DNA of 64,000 nucleotides from Utricularia gibba (taxonomy: Eukaryota > Plantae > Magnoliophyta): contig NEEC01000013.1 of NCBI GenBank assembly GCA_002189035.1, forward strand, positions 682,001 through 746,000, in the 5' to 3' direction. A model generated the notes under the pieces. That model made no database searches. It was not told the origin of the DNA and saw only the letters and a list, made by a program, of their open reading frames with translations. The translations under genes were made by a program, and so were the position numbers. Of the stretch, positions 25,101-38,249 are shown piece by piece; within the stretch, counting starts at the first letter, position 1, and every line of letters begins with the position of its first letter.

Positions 25101-26230
25101 AAAGATTATGTTGCCTTCTTCGCCTCCGATTTTTCTGAATGTGAGACGTATGTTGTCTTGTCAATTACACATGAGCCAACTAGTTATGCAGGGCAGAAGA
25201 CATCCCACAATGGGCAGAGGCTATGCAATCCGAGATTAATGCATTGTAAAAAAATCACACTTGGGACCTAGTCTCTTTGCCCCTTGGCAAATAAGCCATT
25301 GGTAGTAAGTGGGTTTATAAATTGAAATTCAAACCTAATGGCTCCATTGAGCAATACAAAGCTCTTTTGGTTGCACTGGTTTCATTCAACTACAAGGGGT
25401 AGATTTTCTTGATGTTTTTGCTTCGGTAGGAAAATGATCACCATTGGGATATTATTACCTTTATCTTTACAACATGTTTGGCATATTCATCAAGTTGATA
25501 TTAATAATGCATTTCTACATGACTCATTGGAAGTAACCATTTATATGGTTCCTCCACCTGGATATTTGCCTATAGGGGACGATCGAGTGTGTTTATTGAG
25601 ACGCTCTTTGTATGGATTGACACAAGCTTCTAAAAAATGGAACATTGAGTTGACAAGGAAGTTATTGGATTATGGGTTCAAATAATCAATGGCTAACCTG
25701 TGTCTCTATGTACTTCATAAATCTATGAATTTTTCTTTGGCTTTACTTGTCTATGTCGATGAGAGATTTGGGACAATTTTTTCATAAGCCAATCTCGTTA
25801 TGGTACGACAATAATTCAGCTTTGAAGATTGCTGAAAATCAAGTCTTTTTGAACGAACAAAGCATATTAATATAGATTGTCACATTGTTCGAGATCAATT
25901 CAAACTTGGTTTCTTATACCCTCGGTATGTACCCTCTAAGGCATAAATTGTAGACATTTTTACGAATCTTTGGGCTTTGTAGTTTTTCATGCTCTTGTAC
26001 ACCAGCTTGTTTTGCTTTGATCACGGTGCAAACAACTTGAAGGGGTGATGTTAAGAGACATATCGTATACCTTCCTATTGGATTCAAGTTAATAGGGTTC
26101 ATTCATATCATTTGTATATAAAAGAGTACATATTGTAAATTAGGATTTGTGTGAAAAATTCCATGTAAAACTTTGGCTCTGTTCTCGATTGGCTCTTCTC
26201 CATCAATCGCTTGGATTTTTTTTTCATTCA
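22150..26230 (+). mobile_element. Ty1/copia element B, degenerate, nested in copia A; 5' LTR missing
   Basis: gag (FYLSGSENP...WSRFVKITLGAKNKMSFIDG), protease (WVIDGGATSHVT), integrase (LTIVDPHSRTTW, RIQSDNGG), RT (HQVDINNAFLH, LRRSLYGLTQASKKW), RNase H (RTKHINIDCHIVRD); PPT GAAGGGGTGA, then 3' LTR TGTTAAG (26049)...CATTCA (26230). Confidence 0.85.
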
Positions 26231-28274
26231 AGTGGTTTCAAAATTAAGGCCTTAAGAAATGATAGAGGTGGGGAATTTCTTCCATTTGATTTTAATGAAT
26301 TTTGTAGAGATATTGATCTCCATACATTACACACTACAACAAGAACATCTTGACAAAATGGTATTATAGAGCATAGAAATCGCATTGTTTTGAATGCGGC
26401 TCAAAGTTTATTGAATACAAAGTAGATGGAATAAGAATTATGGGATGATGCAATCACCATAGCTATTTATTTAATGAACAGATCAGTCACATGAAGTCTG
26501 AGTGATATTACACTACAAGAAACTTGGATTGGTTTAAAACCTAGTATATCACATCTCTGTGTGTTCAGTTGTGTATGCTACATCCATGTTGCCGATAAAT
26601 TAAGAAAAAAGTTTGATGATAAAGCTATGAAGATGGTCTTTGTTGGCTATGATCAACGTTCCAAAGATTATAGATATTTTGATCCCATTAAAAAAAGGAT
26701 TGTTATCAGTAGAGACATCACGTTTGATGAGGCATCAAACTGAGATTGGAACACTTCTCATAAGGAACTAGAGTCATATATTTATATGGATGACCATGAC
26801 AATGAGCAGCCACTTCCACGTGGAAATAATGTCACTGTTCAGCCACAACAACCATTATTGGCTAAAAAGACTCAACAACAAACTGACAAAGGGGGTGTCA
26901 TTGGGAGAAGAGTAAGGAAGCTTCCAAAATATTTTGATGATTTTGTTGTTGATCTTCCTGAGTCAATACACTCTGTAGCAAGTGCTAAACACTTTCAAAA
27001 AGTCAGCAATTTTTCAAGTTATTGCTTATTTTTTTAAGCTGAAAATTTATGTTTTGAAGATGATGTTCAACAAGAGATCAGTTTTATTGAACAGAATCAT
27101 ACATGGGAATTAATTGATTGGCCTCCTGAAAAAACCATCATTAAACTCAATTGGGTGTATAGAATTAAAAGGGATTTCAATGGAAATATTGATAAGTTTA
27201 AGACTAGAGTTGTACCCCAAAATCTTATAAGCAAAAGGAAGACAGATTTTGGTACTACTCATTTACATAGACTTGAGGCTGCTCAGTATATACATCTTCC
27301 TCAAGAAACCCATTTAGAAAAGCTGACTTTACATCCATTTGGTGTATTTTCCATTCATAATGAGTTGCCATAGACAAAATTAGTCAAATTGTTTCCAAAC
27401 GTGCTACTGGAGCAAAAAGATACGTGAGAAGGTGATATGCTTCTAATCTGTATGTGGATGACGTGTTATTAATAGGAAATAATCCCAAGGATTTTGATAG
27501 TTTCAAGCAAGCAATGAAGTCTAAGTTTGAGATGTTGGATCTAGGGTTGATGAATTTCTATTTAGGAATTCTAGTATCTCAAATGAAAGGTGGAATTTTT
27601 ATCTCTCAAAGAAAATATGCAAAATAAATTCTTAAAAGGTTTGGAATGAAGGATAGTATGGAGGTTGAAACTCTCATTGATGTCACAACTAGATTGTGTA
27701 TTCATAGTAGAGGGAGCAAAGTTGATCCAACTCTTTTTAAGAGCATGGTAGGGAATCTGTAGTATTTGACAAGTTCAAGACCTGATATACTCTATGTTGT
27801 TGGTATAGTCAACAGATATATGGAAGCTCCAACATAGTCGCATCTTGCTGTTCTTAAATGGATAATGAGATACATTACAGGAACTATTGATTATGGGTTA
27901 GGGTTTCAAAAAGCTGAAAGCTTTGAACTATTGGGATACAGTGATATCGACTAGGGAGGTTGTTTGAATGATTCAAAGAGCACCTCTAGCTTCATTTTCA
28001 TCCATGGAAATACTGCATTTTGCTGGGTGTTCAAAGAAACAACCGGTGGTTGCTCTATCCTCTTGTGAAGCCAAATTTAAGCAACAAATTTATGTGTCTG
28101 TCATATATCTGGTTGAACAACCTGTTGGAAAATATTGGCTGTAGACATACTATTGCTACTAGAATCAAGATTGACAACAAGTCTGCAATTATACTCAGTA
28201 AAAATCATGTTTTTCATATTGGAACAAGGTTTCACTTCGTTAGAGACGATGTTGCTAAAAAGGCTATTAAATTC

Positions 28275-29575
28275 TGTTAAGTATCATTTTCGAGTTGTTT
28301 ATTATATGTTAATGTAGTATTAAGTCCTCAAATTAGGAGTCTTATTATTAAGTATTTGTTTTTATTAGAAAATTCCTCTTTTTCTATTTTTTATATATTT
28401 TCTTTGTCTTTTTTCATGCACTTTGACCGCAATACGTTAGGGGGCAGTCTTGGAATGTTGTAGGATGCTTGTAGGAGACCAGACTTTGACTTTTCATGTC
28501 TTGCACGTGATTCGAAATAATTGTGGACGGAAGACTAACACTATTCAAGATCCTAACTTACGGCATATCAGAGTCTGCAACAATGATTGGGCAGTAACTT
28601 GCACACAAGGGAAAGCTGGTGGTGCATGCAAGATAGAAGGAATGATGGGAAGAAAACCAGAAGGAGTTAATGCATGTGGGGAGTGAGATAAAAACTAACT
28701 TGGAACACTTATTTTGGAACTTTTGACACTTATTTTTCGCTCTAAGAACTTTTGGTTCTTCCTCTTCTCCAAGGGAGGAAGAACACCTTAGCTTGCCATT
28801 TTTGTTTTTTTTTTCATGGCCCTTAGCTAAAATCTTTTAGTTTCTAGGAATAGATGAAGTTTCCTTCCAAGTCTTGAGTACTAAACTTGGTTCTTTGATA
28901 AATTCATTTCAGATTTTTCATATTTCCACGTATCTTGTTGTAGTCTTACTGTAACGACTCATAATCATGGTTCATGAGTAGTGGGTCACTCCTCACAGAT
29001 CTTGATGAAGAGCAAGGTGAAAAGCATCAACTTCCAACCCTACTGGTTCGAGGGAAGTAGCAAATTGTTTTTGATCAAGGTACTACAATAGTGGACAAGT
29101 AGTGACCTCGTATTCGCCACTTGTCATTGGCAATAGTTGGGCACACGTGCACAATTTGATTTTGAAGCCAATCGACGACAATCCTCTTGTCTTCTTAATC
29201 GTCTAAGGGGGAACCATATAAGGCTATTTCCGTGCCTCCTTGTCAATCAGAGTGTAAGGGAGAGTAGGTTATTCCTTACTCCTATAACCAGCTATTCGAA
29301 AGGAATCAGTGAAAGTCGAGGCAAAGATAGCCAAAAGGAGGAAACGGAGTCCATTTTCCAAGAACTGCAACCCTTAGTCAAGATCCATTACTTAGATTGT
29401 AACTTTTATTCTTGTACTTCAAAAATCTCATTTTACAAATTCGTGATAATTTGTGAAACTTTTCTACAAAACACTTTTCGCAAAACTTAACTTCGTGAGA
29501 TTGATCCTCATACTACACTCTTTTGCGTTCTACGTTTCATATATTTCAAATTTGTTGAGGAAACGACACGTAATA
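28275..29575. mobile_element. Composite insertion (probable solo LTR) in copia A RNase H, itself carrying a Tat-like LTR at ~28936-29568
   Basis: Termini TGTTA...TAATA flanked by AATTC on both sides (28270-28274 and 29576-29580); copia A RNase H reads through when it is removed. The inner unit ends GAGGAAACGACA, with only approximate CGTA flanks. Confidence 0.5.
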
Positions 29576-29662
29576 AATTCGAATATGTTTGCACTCAAGA
29601 TCATATTGCTAATATATTTATAAAGCCTCTGTCTGGTAAACACAAAACAATTAAACATTGCT

Positions 29663-31138
29663 CCCCGACAATGGCGCCAATTTAATAAACGAAAATTTTA
29701 GCAATGACGTTGCAAATAAATCAAATCCCCGTATCAAATAAATTTATATGCCTTAATCTACATAAAATACAAATTTAAAAACTTGTATAGTAGATGTCGG
29801 GGTCGATCACGAAGAGCTTGTGCTCGCTAAATGTTTTAGTAAATGCATGATTCGGAATAACGGTAAGTCTTAGTCTAAGCTCGGACTAGTAGCGGCAAGT
29901 ATATTCAATAAACAAGATAAGTAAACAATATCAGGTCTTAACGCTAAGGTAACAGGTGCTGGTTCTAACTTAGAATAATACTAAGTTGTCTTAAGGGTCT
30001 GTAGTTGGTATGGTGCTGGTTCTAACTTAGAATAATACTAAGGTGTATTAAGGGTCTGTAGGTGGTATGGTGCCAAAATCCCTAATTTAATCTACCATAT
30101 TCCTACACTTACAACTTCAAATAACCTAAGTCTACCCAGATCATTCATCATATTTTCGGCTAAGCTAGTCCCCCATATCATCACCAACATTGCAATTAGG
30201 TCTACCCGCATGCAAAGCATATAGAATTAGTTCTACTGGTTCTACCCCGAACTAACAACTACTGCTCCTGTCTTGATTTGTTGGTCTACCTCTAAATCAA
30301 GCATCTAAGTTGTGAAGTTACTTGTTCCCCTCCTTAGATCTACACATGGCTTGATAGAAACAAAAGCTAAGAAACAATGGTGAATTTTATGAAAACTCCT
30401 AGACCCACACCATCATGCTTCACCTTAAGTCACCTCTAAGACTTTAGCTACTCATATTTGGAATGTAAAAAGTAATGACATTAACATAAAAAAACGAAAA
30501 TGTTAAGAACATCGTGCAGAAGTTGGATGCAGAAACTAAAGACGTCAACAAACTAAAAGAAAGCAGTAGAGTTCCAGTTTCCGTCTGCCACTATTCACAA
30601 TCCGGAACAATAGCATTGAACTTGGTCTTGATCTTCTTTCTTCATGCTGAAGGTTCTTCTCCAAAAAAAATCGCCCTCTTTCTCCTTCTCCTTCAATATT
30701 CTTTTTTGTTCGAGTTGGGGGAGAAACCCCCTCGTGTGTGTTCTAAAAATTGCTGGTTCCCCCCTTTTCTTTGCGATTCTCTCTCCTCCTTCTCCTTCTC
30801 TCGCCTCCCACTACCCAAGTCAAGTACATTCTTTGACAAATCTGTTGCTCCTGGTCCTGACTTACAGACTGCCGACGTAACAGTGTACTCATTACCCCCT
30901 ATAGCCTAGAGACTTGCACGAAATCCAGATTTCTTCCTTGACTTTCGGGTTGCTACTAGACTCCAAAATCGGGTTAGACATGGGATGGGCTAAATCAAAG
31001 GATTTAGCCTACTAATACCCCAAAAATCACATTTTTTGAATTTATACAAAAATACTTAAAACTATAAAATAAACAACTAAACATAATTAAAAACTCATGA
31101 TTTTCATATTCTAAAAACATGAAAACTTGTGTGCTACA
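29663..31138 (-). mobile_element. Athila-like LTR with PBS, element truncated
   Basis: Minus strand: LTR 31138-29683 followed by TGGCGCCATTGTCGGGG (29679-29663), an Athila-type PBS. Shares terminal and internal motifs with the solo LTRs at 9916 and 13649, which fixes their orientation. Confidence 0.8.
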
Positions 31139-31149
31139 CATGTCTCTTT

Positions 31150-32860
31150 GTTGAGCCATTGCTATAACATCATTTTAATTTAATTGAGCTTGGAATATGT
31201 GAAGTTGTAATTCTTCCTCTAACATTTATATTTTTTTCTTCAGCTTCATTATTTCCAATTGAAAGTTGATAGATTTTTGTTGTCTAGCAATCAATTCATC
31301 GCATTTGATCTTCAATTCAACTTTGTATACAGATTGCTGTGTTACCAAATTATCTATTATGTTTTTGTTCTTGTGAATCTTAAACTTGAGATCTTTTATC
31401 TAAAAAAAACTAAATTAGAAAATATAAAAAAACAAGTATCACATGTATTAGTAAAATAAGTTTCATTTTTATTACCTCAATTTTCATTTGTTGAATGTGT
31501 TTATATTGGTTTAAAATGAGTTTTTTGTCATGTTGTCGTGCAATCGAAAGCTCCTCATTAATACACACTTCAGTCTCCTCATGAATAGACACTTCATTCT
31601 CCTCGTCTCCATTTTATTGTTCAGAATTATCTTACACAAAAAAGTTTTTATATTGCAAACTTTATTTATTTCAAGAAAAAATAAAAGAATTAAATAATAT
31701 TCCTACTTTATTTACCTGTTGTTGATTGCTATTGATGTTTAGCAGAATAAGTTGTTCATAAACAACAAGTTGATGACAATTTCGCCTTAATGTTAGTGTA
31801 GACCGCCACTCAACGACACCATGAATGTTTTGAAGTGTTGTCATAGTGTTAAATAAATAAGTAAAATAAGATATTGAAAAAATAATGTAAATTAAAAAGA
31901 CTTACTTTGAATTTGCGCAGATTTTGGGATGATGTCTTCAGTCATATATCTTTTTTATTGCAAAAGACTTTTTAATGCATGTCTAGTTTCCTCATTTACA
32001 TTGATTTTTTCAATACAAGAATTTATAACATCATCTACAGGATATGTCAATGGATAATGACTTGAGATTGCAAAAGATCTAAGTGGTACAATTCATAAAA
32101 GAAGTTTATCTCATCGTATCACAGTTCTAGGTAGGTTTTGATAAAATCGAGTATTTGCTAATTCTTGAAAATACCATGTTCCAGTAGGAGCTTTTTTTGG
32201 AAGAGATAGTGCAAAAAAAAATTTAAAGGAAGGTTCTACATATTCTTCTTCACACAAGTGTAAGAATGCTAAAATAATAGTATAGGAAGGTGGTGCTAAA
32301 AACCTAATAGGCAATCTCAAATAGGTGAGCACATCAAGAGCAAAGGGATGAATAGGTAGTCTAAGACCAGCATCAAATGTTTTACGAGACACAACCCAAG
32401 CATTGGGATGTTCATGAGGGGGATTTGCATCAAGAGGTATGTTTTGCGGAGAAGGAATTGTCAACCAATCAGTTGAGATGAAATATTTAACACGAAATCT
32501 ATCCATTCTCTAATCAATAAAGGATACATAATAAGAATTGAATTCTAAAAATAACCAAATGGAAAACAGCAAAATAAACATGATATTAACGATGAAAAAC
32601 ACAACTAAACCCAACTAAATATATAATATATGAAAAAACAATTTTTAATAACTAAACCTAACTTAATATAAAACGCATACTGCAGCAACAAATGCATACA
32701 ATACATTTCACAAAAAGAATGTAAGTTGCGACAACAAGATTACTCGATCGCAGCCGATGAATTATGGGCTTTCAGGAGTGCGACGACACTGATAAGAAGA
32801 GCCTTTGTATGCAACAAAAGGTGATGTAAACTAGGTAGGGTTGCACACTTATATAATGGA
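31150..32860 (-). pseudogene. Transposon accessory gene remnant (Transposase_28/PF04195-like LRLP domain plus coiled coil)
   Basis: ORF 32506-32111 contains DAGLRLPIHPFALDVLTYLRLPIRFLAPPSY...GTWYFQ...QNLP, stopping at a TGA where Trp is expected; decayed coiled-coil frames at 31150-31600; TATA-like TATATAA near 32855 and a leader GT donor near 32742. Confidence 0.55.
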
Positions 32861-33625
32861 CGCCAATGTTTAAACAAAATCATACTGCATAAATTAATTC
32901 ACATCCATATATAATATGTATCAATTATTTAAAATAATGAAAAAAATTGTGGCCCCAACAAAATACTCATTGTTTGATGCGCCATCCCAAATTTCAAATT
33001 TTAAGTATTTTAAAAATGATAAACGAAAAAAGTTATGGATGTATTTCAGCGACACCTACGCATTATGTGTGTTTGAATGCACCTTCTTAAAATCCAATTA
33101 TTCTTACATTATTTTAAAGAATGAAAAGAATTTATTACACATTTAATTATCCTAAACCCTTCATTAAACTAAAAATTAAAAATTTTAGTAGTTTTTGTTC
33201 ATAGTAATGAAGTTTATCATCACCAATATTGTAACATGTTAAATAATTAAAAATAATAAAAACCACGTTTTTTTGCAAATATATGTTCAATATTTTTTTA
33301 TAAAATATCATAATATTTGAATGATTATTTGTAAATTTTAATGTCATTATATTGACTTTTAATAATACATTTGTAATTTAAAATTTTTGAAACATTGTTT
33401 TTAAATAAAAATTCGATACAAAAAATATTTTTTATATAATGGACGTCAATTTGAATTATAAATTATTTAATAAATAATTCACCTCCGTAAGTACATTTGA
33501 GAATGTTCCCATAAATTGTTTTGGCCGCCCCTACAAAACGTAATGTTACTACGTATGTGACGTTCAAAATTTTACATTTGAAACATATTAAAAAGACGGG
33601 AATATTTCAAATATTTCATTTATCG

Positions 33626-33656
33626 TAAACCCTAAAACCCTAAAAAACCCTAAACC
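33626..33656. repeat. Three telomere-like/telobox AAACCCTA motifs
   Basis: TAAACCCTAAAACCCTAAAAAACCCTAAACC, in TE-rich intergenic DNA. Confidence 0.6.
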
Positions 33657-35906
33657 ACAAAATCGAAATTTATGTTTTTTTTTAATATAAATAGTCCTTA
33701 ATGATGACGTTTATCATCATGAATGTTGTAATGCATTGAATATTCAAGGTAAGATTATAAAAATGAATTTTTTTCACACAAGTATATGTATATTGTATCT
33801 TAAATGTTATCTTGTACTAAACTTTACAACATTTGGTATTAAGTTAGACAAAAATAATGTTTTCCAGAACCAAAACCATACGGACATCCATCCCCTGGAA
33901 CCAAATCAGAACCAACGGTTTCGGTTCGAACCACGATTCTAGTTCGAACCGAACCCACCTCTAAGTGTGTTGATGGGATGGAATAAAAAGTGTAAGGAGT
34001 AATTATTAGTAATAGGAATATAGTTTGATGCACCCATTTCGCCTTAGATGTATTGAGCAATATTTCTAAACGAATATTAATTTGAATTTGTACCTATTAT
34101 AGCATATAATCAACAATAGAGTCTTTCAAGATTCCTTCATCCAATATCATGTGAATAGTAAAAATATTGAAATTGTTGTCATGACAAAACATATGTAGCA
34201 CTATGAATGAAGTAGACATTGTTGCATTTGTAAAATGAATGAAAATGTAGATATAAAATATGAATCAATATTTATGCATAGAATATGAGAATGTGTGGAA
34301 GAAACAAAATAAATATGTGAAAATGAAATGAAAATTTGTATAAAAAATATATGACATGTATAAAAAAAATTTAATATATTTATTTATTAAAATAATGAAA
34401 TAACAATTAAAATATCTAACAGCTTTTTATTAAATAATAAAATGATCATTGGAAACTTTAAATGATTATTTTCTTTATTGAATATTGTCATTGGATGGTT
34501 TCCGTTGACATCCACTAATGTTATATCCTTGATAGGGGTGGTTGTAGAGGGTATGCCATATTTTTTAAAAATATATTTTTTAAAAAAATTGTATTTTATG
34601 AAATATTATAATTACAATTTTAAATTCAAATTAGAAATTCAAATTTTTTAAAGTTATTATTAATTTTCTAAATATATAATTTATAAATATAAAATAATTT
34701 GCATATATTTTTTATAGTATATTTTTCGAAATAATTTAATATTTATAGCTTATATATATCAATGTTTTAAATAATTTGCTTATATATTTTTTAATATTTT
34801 TATATACTACTTAAGAATATTTATATATCAATATGTATTTTTTTAATCTATTGAAAAATAAAATAATTAAAAAATAAAATGGGGTATTTGATTAAAAATG
34901 AAAAATTAAGGATATTCAACAAATAACTTTTTTGCAATGGGGTATTTATCCAAAGAGGTCAAAAAATGGACAATGTAATACTATAATCACAAAATCAGTG
35001 CATTCAATACATATAAAAAAAATTTATCAAATAGATTTTCATTGTGTAGGTTGCCGACTTGACATTGAGGATTATTTAATAATAACTAAAGATTACTTAT
35101 TTGATATATAAACCTTATTATCGGGTTGAATCCTAAGTCGATAATTTTAATTTATGTGGTCGGATCCTATTATTCCCAAGTAAACTTGTGGTTTACTCTA
35201 TACGTTGAATCATATTATTCGCAATCACTGAAGCCTCCTCGCACTAAAAAGGTGAAACAGCCCTAAATTCGACCATTTAGAGTATATTTTTTACTTTTTT
35301 AAAAAATAAAAATAATTTTATTTTAAAACGCTATTAATTATAAAAATAAATATATCAAAAATAATCTTGAAATTATACTACAAAAATTATTTTTGAAAAA
35401 GTAATTAATAATCTACTTTTACATCTATTTCTATTTTTTCATTTATTTCTTTGGTTTGAAAAATAATTGTACATCTATTTTTATAGTTTTCTAGAACAAT
35501 TATAATCATTTTCTATTTCTATCAAATATTTTTAATTCTTTAAAATATTTTAAAAAAAATAAAAATATATTCTAAAAATTTTCTAAAACATTGCTATAAT
35601 CTTTAACTTGGACTAGCAAACATCTGCTCTAACCATCCAATTTTATCTTGACTTGATCTCTCACTCACTCTAACCACCATATATTATGAGCCTCTTGTAT
35701 GCTTAAAAAAGACAATATTTGAATTGAACAATTGGTATCGTATGCTCATAATCAATATTTCAACTAAGCATTTTCATAGAAACTAAAAAGTCAGGCACTT
35801 ACTGATCCAAAAAAAAAAAAAAAAGGCAGGCACTCAATAATGGTTGAAAGCTTGACAAAGGAAAGGAACACAAGGTGGTTGGAGTCGCATAAGATTAGCA
35901 AACATT

Positions 35907-37985
35907 TCACACATTGGGTGCGTTATCTATCGACCTACTCACGCACAGAACCTTGCACTTGAGTACCTTATTAACCACATAAAACCCTGGCATAACCATA
36001 ATCTTCACCCTCTCGGCGCCGCCGCCGTCCCGCTGCTGCCGGCCGAAGAACACATCCTCCATGTAATGTCCATCGAAAACAGCGTTCTCCCTCACCCTTA
36101 GTATCTCCAACGGCCGATCGAACGAGAACGACAGCAAATGCAGCAGCCACAAGCACTTCGCCGCCATGAAAAACGCCTCCAGCAACTGCTCCGGCCACGG
36201 CCGCGTCCACTGTAGGATTCCGATGATTCCGCTCATTTTCTGATCGCAGAACTTGCTGAACTCTTCGCTGTAGTACTTGGTTCCTTTCCTCAGTACCTCG
36301 TTCCAACTCAGATCTCGCAACGCCACGAACGATTCGAATTGCTCTTGCCGCCTTTTCTGCGGATTCAGAAGCTTCGGAGCACCGCTGTTTTGGTAGATGC
36401 AATTCTCGAAATCCTGGTACAGAGCTTGGTTGATGATGGACTCCAAATGGTAAACCACCGCCTTTTTTGATGATTTTGAGGTGATTAAGTCCAAATTGTG
36501 CGGCTGAAGCATGTTGTTCAGGTTCTCGATCACGCCGTAATCCTGCTCGTCGATTTGTCTGAGTAGAATCTTGCACAGATGCTTCACTGAAACCCTTGCT
36601 TCTGATACAATTTGCAGGAAACCCTCTTCCATTACTTCTTCACTCACCGGAATCGGCATCGTCTCTTCGGCTGCTGCTCCGCCGTCGATTGATTTCCCTA
36701 TTTTGTGAAGCTGCTTTTCACTAGGGTTGCCGATCTTAACCTGTAAACAAACATTTTGGATCAAATGCGATGAGGGTGAATGAATTGATGCTGCAAAATT
36801 GAAATTACCTGCACAGCTTGGCCCAGAGCCATCTTCAGTTCCTCACAGTATGATTCCAGGTACTCAAGCTTCTGAGTCAATTCCCCAAGAGAAGACTTCA
36901 TTTCAACAACCTGAGATAAAGCCGCATCCCTCCTCCTGTTCGCTTCAACTACTTCCCGTTTCAGCAATTCGATGGACATCGGGAACGCCCCTGTTTCTTT
37001 GGAAACCTGAGATTGTTCCTCGGTATGCGAATCTCCATATTTGTTGCTGTTCTTCTTCATTTTCATCATCAACCATGAAAAACCCAGGCCCCTCTTCTTC
37101 GGCTGTGGGTGAGGAGAGGAGTGGGAATCCATCAGTGGAACCACGATGTTCGATTTTCGGCCACTTTTTAGAACATCGGGATCTCTGGTTATGACGGCGG
37201 GCTTGCATTTGTTGCAGGACGATAGAGATTGGGTTTCTTCTAAGTTGTTCCTGGAGAAATCTGCAGTAGGAGGAGCTTTGAGCATGTTTAGGATTTGAAC
37301 GTCGGCTGGGCAAATGTGGGAACTGAAATCAACCGTCTCACGTTTTCTTGAAGAAGCATTTGGAGTTCCGTAATCGTCTCCCCAGCTGTCGCCGGAGTTC
37401 CAGCTTTCCAGTGGTATATGCCGGTAACCTGCTAGGAGATCGTTGCCATAGCTCTGTTCAGCACGGGAGCATAGGTTACCAACTTGGAGATAATAATATA
37501 CATTACAGGTATGAAACATCCACAGTAACGGTCCATAATGAAGAACAGTTAATTACTAATTCAGTCCTTGTAAAGTTACATATTTATCTTTGAAGCTTAA
37601 ATCTCCATCACTCAAATTGTCTAAAAAAGTTACAAACAACTTTTTCTTTTTTCAGGATCCAATCTTGATGAAAGCTTCCATGAAAGTGAAGGAGTTGCTT
37701 GGAATTGGCTGCTTTCCATGAGCAAAAATAAAGAAAGAAACTTGAAATTCTTCGGCAGAAACTTACAGGGGTGAAGACAGGATAATCCTGAGCTGAGACA
37801 TGAGGATTGTTGTGGAAGGAAAGAGGAGAAGTAGCCGGGAATCTGAGACTGGGGCTGTTCCCACTCGCTCCCTGCATCAGGGCGGCGTGAAGAGCTCGCA
37901 GCTCCACAGTCTGCGCAATCGCCTTCTGAATATCCCGCCTGCTGATGCCGTTCTCGGTGCCGTCATTCTTGGTGATGTCCGCCAT
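35907..37985 (-). CDS. IRKI: IRK-interacting protein (IRKI/GIL1-like), 3 exons
   Basis: Exons 37985-37767, 37453-36809, 36740-35907 with phase-0 GT-AG introns. Motifs AIAQTVELRALHAALMQG...SAQDYPVFTP|SY, SLSSCNKCKP, RDAALSQVVEMKSSLGELTQKLEYLESYCEELK, ESIINQALYQDFENC, LSWNEVLRKGTKYYSEEFSKFCDQKM, WTRPWPEQLL, VMPGFYV..KVLKCKVLC. Confidence 0.9.
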
Positions 37986-38249
37986 GGAAGCCGGGCCAAG
38001 ATTTTTTTTTTTTTTTTTTGCCTCTCCTTTCCTTTCCTTTCCTTTCCCTTTCTTCAGACAGGGGAAAGGTAATAGCTTTTCAAGCACATAAATGGGGTGC
38101 GGGGGGAACAGGAATGAAAAGGGGAATGCGGGATCGGAGAACGTATCCATGGAGACAAAATCCGAATGGTGTTGGAAAGTGAAGAGGAGGAGGTAGAGAG
38201 AGAGGAAGGGATGCATGTGAAGCACGGGGGCCTCTGCAACTGTGTCTGT

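Larger units (their letters stand above)
19226..29660 (+). mobile_element. Ty1/copia element A, degenerate and split by nested insertions
   Basis: LTR from TGTTGG (19226); PBS TGGTATCAGAG (19480-19490, tRNA-iMet type); gag (ENWCLRI, CYSCHWKGH), protease (WYLDSETSSHMCG), pre-integrase (WHMRYGHLNF). Integrase breaks at FREFQV (21156) and resumes at SGFKIKALRNDRGGEF (26231); RT/RNase H breaks at AIKF (28274) and resumes at EYVCTQDHIANIFIKPL (29581). Confidence 0.85.

Noticed and set aside
21152-26233. CAAGT on both sides of the 5-kb insert as a TSD
   Set aside because: The right copy overlaps the terminal CA of the copia B LTR and ~4 integrase codons are missing; more likely microhomology or chance.
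33880-34980. GAACC/GGTTC motif cluster and GGGGTATTT-bearing AT-rich segment as hAT or Mutator MITEs
   Set aside because: Suggestive subterminal motifs, but no paired TIRs or TSD could be defined.
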